Positions 44,472 through 55,427 are shown, numbered from the stretch's first letter. The stretch is 64,000 nucleotides of DNA from Balanoglossus misakiensis (GCA_040954595.2 JBECUI020000031.1:1-64000); one strand, 5' to 3'. Numbers and translations: made by a program. The notes: generated by a model not told the origin, from the sequence alone.

Positions 44472-45431
44472 ATGAATTACCGCCTTATTTTACCATTGGC
44501 TGTATTGTGGCTTTTAAGTTCCTGCGGAGGTTCCAGTCTTTATCTCTACTACACAGAAGCCGGGGCGGGATTTCTAGACAGCCGAGGAAAAGAAGTCATT
44601 CCGGCTAGGCATAGGGAAGTCAGCAATTTTTCTGAGGGAAGAGCCCGAATAATCCTGGAGGGCAAGACTGGTTGGATTGACCGCCGGGGCCAGTTGATCA
44701 TTCCGGCTCATTACGAGCTTGGTGGTAATTTCTCCCAAGGACGGGCCATGGTACAGCTTGGAGGGAAGATAGGCTTTATTGATCGCCGGGGGCGTATGGT
44801 CATTGAACCTGTCTGGAACCAAGCGGAAGATTTTTCTCAAGGAAGGGCAGCCGTAGAAGGGGACGGCGTCAAGGGCTACATTAACCTTAAGGGACATTTA
44901 GTTTTCACTCATAATTACTCCTTGACCTCATCTTTTTCTCAAGGACGGGCCATGGTAGCCGCCGATAACCTCTTTGGGTTCATTGATCGCCAGGGAAAAG
45001 TTGTCATTTCCCTAAAGTATCAGTTTGCCTCTTCTTTCAGGAATGGTCTGGTGATGGTGATACAGGAAGGCAAGGGAGGATACCTCAACAGACGGGGAAA
45101 GGAAGTCCACCCCCATACCCTCGACTACGCCGCCGATTATCATCAGGGAAGAGCGCTATTTACCCAGGACGGTCTTGGTGGGTATATGGACCGCCGAGGC
45201 AGAAAAGTCATTCCTCCCCAGTTCTCCTGGGCGGGGTATTTTTCTGAGTCTCTGGCTCCTGTTGAACAAGAAGGCCTGATTGGCTTTATCAACCGAAGGG
45301 GAGAAATGGTCATTCCCTTCCGCTTTACCTATGCGGAGAACTTCTCCGGTCGCCTAGCCTTGGTCATGGAAGGCGAAACTATTCTCTATATTGACAAGCA
45401 AGGACGAAAAGTATGGTCATCTCAAGACTAA
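44472..45431 (+). CDS. WG-repeat (WG_beta_rep) lipoprotein
   Basis: LLSSC lipobox; repeated GFIDxxGxxVI...FSxGRA units. Confidence 0.9.
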   Translation: MNYRLILPLAVLWLLSSCGGSSLYLYYTEAGAGFLDSRGKEVIPARHREVSNFSEGRARIILEGKTGWIDRRGQLIIPAHYELGGNFSQGRAMVQLGGKIGFIDRRGRMVIEPVWNQAEDFSQGRAAVEGDGVKGYINLKGHLVFTHNYSLTSSFSQGRAMVAADNLFGFIDRQGKVVISLKYQFASSFRNGLVMVIQEGKGGYLNRRGKEVHPHTLDYAADYHQGRALFTQDGLGGYMDRRGRKVIPPQFSWAGYFSESLAPVEQEGLIGFINRRGEMVIPFRFTYAENFSGRLALVMEGETILYIDKQGRKVWSSQD

Positions 45432-46417
45432 CCCTTCCACGCCCCGACGACTTCCATGTCCATCTTCGGCAGGGAGAGGCCTTGGCACGCTATGCCAAGA
45501 CGCACAACCTTTCTTTTGGCCGGGTTTTAGCCATGCCCAACACCATCCCTCCTCTGATAAGTCATCAGGCCCTTACTGACTACAGAAAAACGGCCGAAGA
45601 GGCCGCTCCAGGTCTAAGGGTTCTGAGCTCTTTCCGTCTTATGCCGGGAATGCAGCAAGAAGACATAAAGTCCCTGGCTCGTGACGGGACCCTGGCAGGA
45701 AAATACTACCCCGATGCCGTGACTACCAACAGCAAGGGGGGAATTACTCACTGGCGACAGATCGAAGAAGCCCTGGCCTCTATGGAAGAGGAAGGACTTG
45801 CTCTTTGTATTCATGGAGAGCTTCCCGGAGCTCCAGTGCTGGAGAGAGAAGAGGCATTTCTTGAAAGCTTTCGAGAAATGCGTAGGGCCTTCCCAAAGTT
45901 AAAAATGGTTCTGGAACATCTGTCATCTGCTGCAGGAGTCAAGGCAGTTCAAGAATCCCCTCCTCCCACCGCCGCCACAGTAACAGTGCAGCATCTTCTT
46001 TTCACTCTGGATGATCTTATGGGAGGGCTTTTGAATCCCCACTTATTCTGCAAACCCCCTGTTAAAAGCCAGAAGGACCGGCAGGCCCTGCGAGAGCGGC
46101 TTCTTGCTGGAGACAGCCGATTCTTTTTTGGCTCAGACAGTGCCCCTCATCCCCGCTCCGACAAAGAAGGCCCCCGCGCCGCCGCCGGTGTCTATTCAGC
46201 TCCGGTAGCTCTTCCAGCCCTCCTTACCTGGTTTGAAGAAAATGACCATGTGGAACTCCTGGAACCCTTTATCTGCAACTTCGGTCGGCAATTCTATGGC
46301 CTGCCCCCAAACAAAGGAACCGTGAGTCTGGAAAGAAGGCCATGGACTGTCCCAAGAGAAATTGACGGCATCGTCCCTCTTCTGGCTAATCAGGAACTTC
46401 CTTGGCAGGTAATCTGA
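45413..46417 (+). CDS. pyrC: Dihydroorotase (E. coli-like short type)
   Basis: PDDFHVHLR, MPNT, KYYP...TTNS, LEHLS, GSDSAPH. Confidence 0.93.
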   Translation: MVISRLTLPRPDDFHVHLRQGEALARYAKTHNLSFGRVLAMPNTIPPLISHQALTDYRKTAEEAAPGLRVLSSFRLMPGMQQEDIKSLARDGTLAGKYYPDAVTTNSKGGITHWRQIEEALASMEEEGLALCIHGELPGAPVLEREEAFLESFREMRRAFPKLKMVLEHLSSAAGVKAVQESPPPTAATVTVQHLLFTLDDLMGGLLNPHLFCKPPVKSQKDRQALRERLLAGDSRFFFGSDSAPHPRSDKEGPRAAAGVYSAPVALPALLTWFEENDHVELLEPFICNFGRQFYGLPPNKGTVSLERRPWTVPREIDGIVPLLANQELPWQVI

Positions 46418-46448
46418 AACCCTACCTACAATTGCGGTCTCCGTATAC

Positions 46449-46970
46449 TCATTTCACAACACCAATCCAGCGCAGATGCCGGTATTGTTCCTTCCAGTCT
46501 ATGCCGTAACCGACCACAAAGTAATCTTCTATTTCAAAGCCTACATAATCGGCCTGAAAGTCCACCACGCGGCGACTAGGTTTATCAAGAAGTACACAGG
46601 TAGACACCGATTTCGCTCCCTTCTTCAGAAACATGGAACGGGCAAATTGTAGTGACCTCCCTGTGTCCACAATATCGTCCACCAGCAGCACATTGCGCCC
46701 TCCCAGGTCTCCTGGAACTTCTCCCAGCACCAGGATCTCACCACTGCTTTCCATGGCATTCCCATAAGACGAAAGGCGCAGAAACTCAACCCTCACGGAA
46801 AGTCCCTGGTCGCCAAGCTCCCGAAGGAGATCAGCTATCAGAACAAAGGCTCCCTTTAAAATTCCTATTATCACCAGTTCTTTCGGTATTTCTCCCGCAA
46901 TTTTCTGTGCTAGGTACTTTACCCGGCTTTGGATAACCTCTTCTTCAAATAATTTGCTAATAGCAGACAT
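46449..46970 (-). CDS. hpt: Hypoxanthine phosphoribosyltransferase
   Basis: LKGAF, SSYG, VLLVDDIVDTG, FVVGYGID. Confidence 0.94.
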   Translation of the reverse strand: MSAISKLFEEEVIQSRVKYLAQKIAGEIPKELVIIGILKGAFVLIADLLRELGDQGLSVRVEFLRLSSYGNAMESSGEILVLGEVPGDLGGRNVLLVDDIVDTGRSLQFARSMFLKKGAKSVSTCVLLDKPSRRVVDFQADYVGFEIEDYFVVGYGIDWKEQYRHLRWIGVVK

Positions 46971-47551
46971 GAATCAAATCTCCTCCAAACTGAAACAACG
47001 ATTATTTTGGATTTCCTTATTTTGTGAATTTGATTTAGAAGTCGGACAAGTTTCATGCTAAACTCAGACCTACAAGGAATTCTGGATAACTTACCAGGAA
47101 ACTGTACCATATTTAAACAAACAACACCAAGTCCTAAGGGAAGACAAGCTCTTCGTCAAAGGATTCAAGAAAAGTCGTGAACCAAGGGAAAAGCTGCCGA
47201 CCAGATCAAAACTTTTCGAGGTACACAGCACGCTCCTACAAGCTTGCTGCCCAGGCTAAAGAGAAGCTGACCTCGAGGTCCAAGAAGAAGAACTCCGCCA
47301 GAATCTCAGGAATAAAAACCAAAGACAGCAGAGCAAATCAACAGCTTATGAAAAGTCTAGTGACCACCAGCAGTATCCAGACACAGGCCAAGCGCTAGGA
47401 AAACCGAATAAACAAAACACCTCAAACTTCACAGGCCAGATCCCCCCCAAAAAACCTCCATAACAACCCTAGGTATTCCCAAGCCCTCCATTCCCAGGAC
47501 TGAGGCAAACTCCCCTTCCCAACCACAGAAGTGAAGGGACCGTCCCGAAAC

Positions 47552-49105
47552 TCAATGAATAAAGTGCCGCACATGGGTAAGGAGCATCGCAATACCATGC
47601 TCATTACAAACGTCAACAGACAGAGCATCTTTTATAGATCCGCCTGGCTGTATGATGGCCGATATTCCGGCCCCTGCAGCAAGTTCCACCGAGTCCGGCA
47701 TGGGAAAAAACGCATCCGAGGCAAGCACGGCCCCCTGGGCCAGTTGACCTGCCTGCTCAAGTGCTAACTTTACCGCCGCCACCCGGTTCATTTGTCCAGC
47801 CCCTATTCCCAGGGTGGCATTGCCTTTTGCAACGACAATGGCATTGGATTTTACATATTTACACACCTTCCACGCAAAAAGCATGTCGCGTATCTGCGCT
47901 GCTGTTGCCTTTTTTTTCCCTGCGTAAGTCAGGGAATCGGTGCCTACCACAGCCGTATCTTTGCTCTGACAAAGGATTCCCCCATTCACACTGTGTAGTT
48001 GGCTGAGCGTCTCTTTTTTCGGGACACTACACTTTTCAATAGGCAGGCTTAAGAGGCGGAGATTTTTCTTTTGGCTTAAAATAGCCAGGGCCTCCTCACT
48101 ATAAGAAGGAGCAATAATAACTTCCAGGAAAATCTTAGAAAGCAACGCTGCCAAGGGTGCTTCCACCCCTCGATTCAAGGCCACAAGTCCACCGAATATT
48201 GAAACACTGTCAGCCTTGTAAGCCTTTTCCCAGGCTTCCAAAATGCTCCTCCCCAGGGCCACGCCGCAGGGATTTGAATGCTTGACTCCCACTGCCGCCG
48301 GCATGGAAAATTCCGCCACCGTATTAACGGCCGTATCGGCATCCCTGATGTTATTGAATGACAGGGCTTTTCCGTGCAACTGCTTGGCATGGATAACGGC
48401 ATTTGTCTGGGACTGCGGCAAGGCATGGGCATAAACGCGCGCCTTTTGCTGGGGGTTCTCACCGTAGCGAAGCTCCTGAATACAGGAGAAGGCCTCTACC
48501 TTCTGCTCAAGATTTTCCCATCCCGCCTGCCCGGCCATGTATGAGGCAATAAGAGCTTCATAGAAGGCCGTATGAGAAAATACCTTGGCCGCCAGTTCTA
48601 AACGTTTCTTCTCAGAGACCTCTCCGTGTTCGGTAATCTCTCTTATAACTTCTCCATAATCCTGTTCGTCGCAAATCACGGTAACATAGCGATAATTTTT
48701 GGCCGCCGCTCTCAAAAGAGTAACCCCTCCAATATCAATCTGTTCTACTGCTTCTGCCAGGATTGTGTCCTTTTTTTTAAGGGTTTCGTAAAAAGGGTAG
48801 AGGTTCACCACAACCAAGTCAATGTCGCCCATACCATGCTTGTGCATTTGCTGCCTATCCTGAGTATTGTCTCTCCTTGATAGAATACCTCCAAAAATTT
48901 TAGGATGAAGTGTCTTGAGTCTACCACCGAACATTTCTTCCGATTGGGTATAACTTTCCACCTGGAGAACTTCCAAACCTTCCTGAGTCAGAACCTTGTA
49001 TGTCCCGCCAGTGGACAGCAGATGATAACCACACTGCACCAATGATTTGGCAAAATCTTTTATATTATCTTTTTTATAAACACTGATAAGGGCGTATTTC
49101 TTCAT
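47552..49105 (-). CDS. purH: Bifunctional AICAR transformylase/IMP cyclohydrolase
   Basis: ALISV, STGGT, KTLHP, IDIGG, LRYGENP, KHSNPCG, SDAFFP. Confidence 0.97.
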   Translation of the reverse strand: MKKYALISVYKKDNIKDFAKSLVQCGYHLLSTGGTYKVLTQEGLEVLQVESYTQSEEMFGGRLKTLHPKIFGGILSRRDNTQDRQQMHKHGMGDIDLVVVNLYPFYETLKKKDTILAEAVEQIDIGGVTLLRAAAKNYRYVTVICDEQDYGEVIREITEHGEVSEKKRLELAAKVFSHTAFYEALIASYMAGQAGWENLEQKVEAFSCIQELRYGENPQQKARVYAHALPQSQTNAVIHAKQLHGKALSFNNIRDADTAVNTVAEFSMPAAVGVKHSNPCGVALGRSILEAWEKAYKADSVSIFGGLVALNRGVEAPLAALLSKIFLEVIIAPSYSEEALAILSQKKNLRLLSLPIEKCSVPKKETLSQLHSVNGGILCQSKDTAVVGTDSLTYAGKKKATAAQIRDMLFAWKVCKYVKSNAIVVAKGNATLGIGAGQMNRVAAVKLALEQAGQLAQGAVLASDAFFPMPDSVELAAGAGISAIIQPGGSIKDALSVDVCNEHGIAMLLTHVRHFIH

Positions 49106-49283
49106 ACCCTTATAATGCGGCCTTTGCCCTCCATGAAGCAACACAGACATGATGGAATTTCAGGGTTGGAAAAAACTGACTACCGGTGGAGTCCTGGGAT
49201 TGCAGCAGTATTCAGGATGGTTGACAGTAAAGAAAACTTCTTATCTCGACACTATGGGAAATTTTAGATTATGATCAAACTAT

Positions 49284-49769
49284 ATGAACTCAGATGCAAT
49301 ATCACAATGGATTACTACTTTGGGCATTTGGCCTTTGCTGGTGCTTATGATCCCCAACCTTCTTTTTCGCCGCTACGGTAAGGCAGCAAGAACAAAACGT
49401 ACCGCATCGCTCTTCCAGGTTATTGCGGTGTTTCTACTTTCCACCACGGCAATGGCGGTGGTGCAATACAAGGGAACAGACCGCCATCTTCTATTGGGAG
49501 CCGTGCTAATCGTCTTCCTTGCCTTCCTCTTGAGGAAAAAGGTCTTTCCCTATCGTTTGAAATGCCCTTCATGCAATGCTTCCCTGAAGTTCACAACCAT
49601 CTACTTCCGGGATGATAATCTTTGTGAAAAATGTCGGCCCCAGGAAGAAAAGATCCCGAATCCCCACGAAGAGACCAATTCCCAGGAAGAAGCAGAAGGG
49701 AATGATATTCCCGAGTATCCAGAGCTAAGCGAAGAAGAACAGAAGGGCGAGGAAGATAAGGGAACCTAA
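49284..49769 (+). CDS. Hypothetical membrane protein with CxxC..CxxC zinc ribbon and acidic tail
   Basis: 3 TM segments, CPSC...CEKC, Glu-rich C-terminus. Confidence 0.65.
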   Translation: MNSDAISQWITTLGIWPLLVLMIPNLLFRRYGKAARTKRTASLFQVIAVFLLSTTAMAVVQYKGTDRHLLLGAVLIVFLAFLLRKKVFPYRLKCPSCNASLKFTTIYFRDDNLCEKCRPQEEKIPNPHEETNSQEEAEGNDIPEYPELSEEEQKGEEDKGT

Positions 49770-49934
49770 GTGTTCTTGTGCATGGCAAACGGGGTTTCCC
49801 CGGGGCTACTGAGACTTTTTTGAAAGCAACTCTGAATTTTATTTCACCATCCTACAGGTTGTGAAAAGTCCTACTGGTTTTCAAGTGCATAGTGCTTGAC
49901 CGGTGGTATAGGTACAGACTAGCCTAGATTCATC

Positions 49935-51212
49935 ATGAAGTACCTTATTGAAGGGGGTTCCCCTATTGGAGGTCGTATCAGGGCTGCAGGAAACAAAAAC
50001 GCTGCTCTTCCCTGCATCACGGCCTGCATTCTTACCGATGAGCCGGTAACTCTATCCAACGTTCCTGACATAGAAGATGTTAAAGTCATGCTGGAGATCT
50101 TAAGTTCTCTGGGTGCTCATGTGGAAAAGTTAGATAGGAATACCTGGCGCCTTACCTGCCGCGACATAAGAACAACAGAAATTCCTGAAAACCTGGCCCT
50201 GAAGATCAGAGCTTCCATTCTCCTGGCAGGTCCCCTTCTGTCCCGAACTGGTAAGGTAGTTCTGCCCCCCCCCGGAGGCGATGTTATCGGTCGACGGCGC
50301 TTAGATACGCATTTTCTGGCTCTGGGAAGCCTTGGGGCCGAGGTGACTTATGACAAAAAATTCACTTTGAGTGCAAAAAAACTCATTGGGCTGGATCTGT
50401 TTCTTGACGAAGCCTCGGTCACCGCAACGGAAAACACGATTATGGCAGCCGTGATGGCAGAGGGAGAAACCATCATTCATAACGCTGCAAGCGAGCCCCA
50501 CATTCAGGACCTCTGCCAGATGCTCAAGGCCATGGGAGCACAGATTGAGGGCATAGGCTCCAACATTCTTAGAATTCATGGAGTTTCTTCCTTACAAGGA
50601 TGTTCCTTTTCCCTCAGTTCCGACTTTATGGAAATAGGGTCACTCATTGGTCTGGCAGTCGCAACAGGTGGGGACCTCGTCATTGAGAACATCAATCAGG
50701 AACATCTCCGGATGTGCCGCATTGCCTTTGGAAAACTGGGCATTCGCTGGAACTCCCTGGAAAAGGAAATCCACGTTCCCCGGGAACAAAGCAAAAAGGT
50801 AGTACCTGATTTAGGAGGGAAAATCCCGGAAATAGCCGATGCCCCTTGGCCAGGCTTCCCCCCTGACCTTACGAGTATTATTACCGTTGTTGCCACTCAA
50901 GTAGAAGGGACGGTTTTGGTTCACGAAAGAATGTTTGAATCACGAATGTTCTTTGTGGATAAGCTCATTGCCATGGGAGCAGGAATTATCCTTTGTGATC
51001 CTCACAGGGCTGTAGTCACGGGGCCCAGGAAACTTCGGGGAGCTGAGCTTATCTCTCCTGATGTACGGGCGGGAATGGCCATGCTTATTGCCGCTATGGC
51101 GGCCGACGGCCCTAGCAGCATTGCCAACGTTTATCAGATAGAACGTGGATATGAGGATATTGTAAACCGTTTAACGGCCCTAGGTGCCAAAATTCAACGA
51201 AAAGAGAAATGA
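49935..51212 (+). CDS. murA: UDP-N-acetylglucosamine 1-carboxyvinyltransferase (Asp-type active site)
   Basis: KNAALP, RASILL, PPGGDVIGRR, SVTATEN, IERGYE. Confidence 0.96.
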   Translation: MKYLIEGGSPIGGRIRAAGNKNAALPCITACILTDEPVTLSNVPDIEDVKVMLEILSSLGAHVEKLDRNTWRLTCRDIRTTEIPENLALKIRASILLAGPLLSRTGKVVLPPPGGDVIGRRRLDTHFLALGSLGAEVTYDKKFTLSAKKLIGLDLFLDEASVTATENTIMAAVMAEGETIIHNAASEPHIQDLCQMLKAMGAQIEGIGSNILRIHGVSSLQGCSFSLSSDFMEIGSLIGLAVATGGDLVIENINQEHLRMCRIAFGKLGIRWNSLEKEIHVPREQSKKVVPDLGGKIPEIADAPWPGFPPDLTSIITVVATQVEGTVLVHERMFESRMFFVDKLIAMGAGIILCDPHRAVVTGPRKLRGAELISPDVRAGMAMLIAAMAADGPSSIANVYQIERGYEDIVNRLTALGAKIQRKEK

Positions 51213-51226
51213 CGGAATCTAAAAGG

Positions 51227-51473
51227 TTATCCACACATTATCCACAGGACAGGGAAGCAACCTAAAGGAAGAAATCTGCAGTCAGATTCTAAAATCTTAG
51301 GAGACATTGACTCGGGCCCAAGATTGTAATGCAGGTTAATTCCTTTAAAGATAAACAATTAAATATGTATTCAAGGCTGTTTTTTCTCTGTATACCGAAA
51401 GGACAAAGCCAGAGGGGTACATTATTTTCTTATGGGTTCAGATTTTGGCTTATTTTCCCCAGAGTTTTCCACA
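51227..51473 (+). promoter_or_regulatory. DnaA-box cluster
   Basis: Perfect TTATCCACA at 51227-51235 and 51238-51246; TTTTCCCCA at 51453 and TTTTCCACA at 51465; AT-rich stretch between. Confidence 0.6.
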
Positions 51474-51595
51474 GGTTTTCCCACTGGAAATTCACCTGTG
51501 ATTACAGGGACTTCAGCACTTTCGTTTATTTGCAGCATAGCTTCCTTGAGAATTCCTGGATTTTCTTTTTCTCCCAAAGAACCTTAAGAGAAATC

Positions 51596-52148
51596 CTAAC
51601 CCAGAAATACCTGTGCAGAATTATCAATCACTAAGATAGTCTTGCACTCACTACAGCGGAAACGTCCTGCTTTGGTAGCTTTGAGTTTTTTGAACAGATG
51701 GGACAGCGAAAGATTTTGGGGAAAACTTGTTCTAATTCCATGTCGCTTCCATAACTGAAAAAGGAAACAGCCTCGTCAAGATTATCCTTAATATTGAAGA
51801 ACTGGCTGAATCCAAGAAGTTGGAAGACCTCATAGACTTTCGGCTGGATCTCCAGAAGTACAAGGTCCCCCCCCGCGGCTTTACAGCTTTAAGAAAATGG
51901 GTAAAGGATCCAATCCCTGTACTAGAGACGTAATTCAGGCTTCCACAGTGAAAAATTAATTTACTAAACCTCGCCTCTATAGCTTTGGTAACCCGTTTTT
52001 GGAAAAGATTTGAGTTATATGTGTCAATATACCCAGTAAGGTAGAGAACCAAGCATCCTTTCGTCGAATTAATCTTCTGTAACCGAATCTTCAAACTATC
52101 GTCTTTTTCGATATCGAAGCCAGGTATAATATCGTTATTGCTCGCCAT
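51596..52148 (-). CDS. STAS anti-sigma factor antagonist with C-terminal Zn ribbon; frameshifted in homopolymers
   Basis: GYIDTYNS, LNYVSSTGIG. After the C-run at about 51870 the frame gives VYEVFQLLGF...FPKIFRCPIC...GRFRCSEC and a TAG at 51596. Confidence 0.85.
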
Positions 52149-52393
52149 AGCGTACCTTTAGAAAATTAAAGTTTCTTAAGCCTCAAGCTCATTGTAGACA
52201 ACACCGTATTGTTTGTCAAACACAAGCGGTTTTCCCCACCTTGCCCTTCATTATCGTCTAACTTATTCTTCAAGTTTAAAGTAAGTTTAAGGTAAGATTT
52301 TTTTTATTATAACACATCCACTGAATAATACTACCAGTTTTTCATATTGATTGATTTTTTGGGGAGACTAGAATAGGGCAAGGGAGACAGATT

Positions 52394-52849
52394 GTGAAGA
52401 TATTTCTGGCAGCAGTACTTTTGGCAACAGTAGTTCCGGGTTGGATTACAGGGCATGGTCTTGAAGACATCGTTGATTTTGAGGTAACCCTGAAGACCCT
52501 ATCAGAACCCGGCGTTGCGGAGAAATTAGCTCAAAGTGGGCAATTTGTTCTTCTGGAGGGTCTTTTAGGGACAGTCCTGACTCTTGACGACAATGACCCT
52601 CCCTTGGTAAGGGCAGAACTGGTAGGGGGAGTTTGGATTGGAACCAACGAGGTAAAAGCTTTCCGGTGCCGTTTGATATTCTCCGGAGAATCCTGGTTAA
52701 AGGCCTTCCCTCCCCAGGCACCAAAAGAACCTGATCCGCATTATATAGCTCCAAACAGCCGGCTTCTGGTAATCTCCAGAATTCTGGGTCGGGAACCATC
52801 CTCAGGCTATCCCTTAGCTGAGGTCCTGCATCTGAGGGTTATAGACTGA
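52394..52849 (+). CDS. Hypothetical secreted protein
   Basis: Signal-like N-terminus and GGAG RBS. Confidence 0.6.
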   Translation: MKIFLAAVLLATVVPGWITGHGLEDIVDFEVTLKTLSEPGVAEKLAQSGQFVLLEGLLGTVLTLDDNDPPLVRAELVGGVWIGTNEVKAFRCRLIFSGESWLKAFPPQAPKEPDPHYIAPNSRLLVISRILGREPSSGYPLAEVLHLRVID

Positions 52850-52916
52850 TCTCCCTCCAGTCTGGCAAGGCAAACAATAACCAAGCAGAACACCATGAGG
52901 AAAACTTTCAGGTTTA

Positions 52917-54042
52917 TCAGAAGAAGTTCAGATTTCCTGCCCTTATAACGCTGTCTACATTTGTGGAAGCCCGAAGAATGACTGAATGAAATTCACGAAC
53001 ATTGCCGGGCCAGGAATAGCGCATCAGTTTAACCAATGCCTCTTTTTCTATTCTCAGAGGTGGTCTTTGGGTGCTTTTAGCAAGCATATTCAGAAAGTAC
53101 CTAGCCAGAAGAGGGATGTCACTGATGCGCTTACGCAAAGGCGGCATGGTAAGAGAAAAAACATTGAGACGGTAAAGAAGATCTTTTCGGAAATTATTTT
53201 TGGCAACCATACCTCGTAGATTCTTTGAGGTAGCCGCAATAACCCTTACATCAATTTTTTCCCTGGCCGTTCCTCCTAGCCGGGTAACAAATTGTTCTTC
53301 AAGAACCCTGAGAAGAAGCACCTGACTATACAGGGGAAGTTCTCCAATTTCATCCAGAAAAAGAGTGCCTCCAGAAGCCATTGCAAACTTTCCTGGCCTG
53401 TCTATAGCACCGGTAAAGGCGCCCCGATGGGAACCAAAAAGTTCTGAACCCAAGAGTTCCCTGGAATAGGCAGCACAGTTAAGCGCAACAAAGGAAGCAT
53501 GACGACGGTGGCTCATTTCGTGGACAATTCTGGCAGCCAAGTCCTTTCCGGTACCTGTTTCTCCCAAAAGAAGCACTGGCTGGTTGGAGGCAGCAATTCT
53601 TTGGATCTTCCTCTTAATTTCATTGATTTCCACCCCCCCGCCAACAAGACGATTCAAGGGGTGTTCGCGGTTTTCTTCCCCCCTGATAAGGGAGAAGAAG
53701 CTTCTCAATGCTTCCTGAAATAATTTCAGAAGAAACGGGCTCACAAAAACAATCGCTGGCCCCCATACGCATAAAACCAATAACCTGAGACATGGTCATG
53801 TTCTTGAGAATAAGGAGCACTTTGGGTGCGTGGGCCTTATCGAGTATGAATCGAAGACGATAAAAATCTTGGGGACAGGGATTACTTATGGAGCCAATAA
53901 GAACATCTGGCTGCCAGAAATCCAGAAGAGCCCCCAAACCCTTATGACTGCGTTGCCAATAAACAATTCTTTTACCAAGAAGTGTATTCTTAAGGGACAG
54001 GAACCTATCTTTTTCCAAACCGTAGTAAACAATTTTGGACAT
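52917..54042 (-). CDS. Sigma54-dependent activator with degenerate receiver domain and no HTH; frameshift at C-run near 53635
   Basis: [42 protein letters not shown]. The N-terminal part is ORF 53620-54042. Confidence 0.88.
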
Positions 54043-54114
54043 GGGAAGTCTAGGGAATCAGTGTGAGAGCAAAACTAGGAAGCTAAGAGATATCTCCTTT
54101 TTAATACGAATCCA

Positions 54115-54624
54115 TTATCGTGCATAAGCCAGATGTAAGTACTCATAAGTTTCCTGCCAGTCCAGACCAAGAAATCGGGCAAAGGCCGTTCCTAGTTTCC
54201 CTGAAAGGGGAGAGGCAAGAAGTAAACATCCCAAAATACCCGAAAGGAAGCCGGGAAAAACTAGAGGAATAGCCGCTCCAAGGGCGGCTATGTACCGAGA
54301 TAGTAAATCTTCAGAAAAACAACAATCCTCCAGTGTTTTCTGTAAAGCTTCTCCTGTTCTTTTAAGGGTCCGATAGGCTAAGGCCAGTCCTCCCATTGAT
54401 GTCAGAGCAAGTAGAGCAAAAACGAACCACGGCCCCAAGAAGGTCCCAAGAAAAAAGGTGAGAGCGAGATCTCCCAAGAGGAAAAAGCTCGCGAAGGATA
54501 GAAGAGCCAGGTAACGATCAACAGACAAGGGGTTGATAATTGAAAATAAAAGTCGGATGTTTAACATAGTGCTTAGTATAATAATAAAGTGATTTTTTAA
54601 TAATAGTCCTTTTTCATTTTTCAC
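54115..54624 (-). CDS. FxsA-like membrane protein
   Basis: Hydrophobic, with a PLVFPGFLSGILG motif resembling FxsA PGF.TD..G. Start may be ATG 54567. Confidence 0.6.
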   Translation of the reverse strand: MKNEKGLLLKNHFIIILSTMLNIRLLFSIINPLSVDRYLALLSFASFFLLGDLALTFFLGTFLGPWFVFALLALTSMGGLALAYRTLKRTGEALQKTLEDCCFSEDLLSRYIAALGAAIPLVFPGFLSGILGCLLLASPLSGKLGTAFARFLGLDWQETYEYLHLAYAR

Positions 54625-54983
54625 TATTTTACAGCAATTCCTGTTTTATTCCTATAATAAAGTAGATTTGTCCTTCTTGTTTCCCTTCAGGACCCAGTCC
54701 TTAAGGCCCTGGGAAAGGCCAGTTTCTAACGGACAACTTTCTGTGGGAATAAGTCGGGAAACCATTGTACAAGCTAGGAACTTAATCAGAGATACAAAGA
54801 CTGAGAAGGCCCCCATTAACATTCTTGGAAGCTCCGTCAATCACGCTGACCTGCCTTTAGGTTTAATATGAAGGAACTTTAATCGGAACAGTCGTTTCTC
54901 CTGACTTGACGTATTGGGAAGATTCTGAAAGAATGGGACTTTCTCTAAGACCTTTGGAGGAAAAGTCAGCATTTTGAGGCCAT

Positions 54984-55412
54984 ATGAAGACAATTTATAT
55001 AAAACCCCATCCCGACAAACGTCGATGGTATATTATCGATGCTCGGGATAAGGTCCTTGGCCGCATAGCGGTCAAGGCTGCTGTACTGGTTCGGGGGAAG
55101 CACAAACCCTCTTTTGTTCCCCATCAGGAAATAGGCGATTACGTGATTATTGTGAACGCAGATAAAGTTGTCCTCAGCGGCAACAAGGTGGATAGCAAAC
55201 TCTATTACCGCCATTCAGGCTATCTTGGGAGCCTTAAGGCCGAGAGTTACCGGAAACTAGTGGCCAGAAAGCCTACCGTTCCTCTGGAGAAGGCCATTAG
55301 GGGTATGCTTCCCCGGGGTGCTCTGGGGAACAAACTCTACAGAAATGTAAAGGTTTATGCTGGCCAGTCACATCCCCATGCAGCGCAGCAACCTGAAATT
55401 ATGGATATTTAG
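54984..55412 (+). CDS. rplM: 50S ribosomal protein L13
   Basis: WYIIDA, LGR, GKHKP, YYRHSGY, GMLP. Confidence 0.98.
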   Translation: MKTIYIKPHPDKRRWYIIDARDKVLGRIAVKAAVLVRGKHKPSFVPHQEIGDYVIIVNADKVVLSGNKVDSKLYYRHSGYLGSLKAESYRKLVARKPTVPLEKAIRGMLPRGALGNKLYRNVKVYAGQSHPHAAQQPEIMDI

Positions 55413-55427
55413 AGGTATTTCAAGAAC

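Noticed and set aside
49106-49283. ZTP (pfl) riboswitch upstream of purH
   Set aside because: The conserved GACUGGCG/GCCUGGGC elements could not be found by eye. An Rfam cmscan would be decisive.
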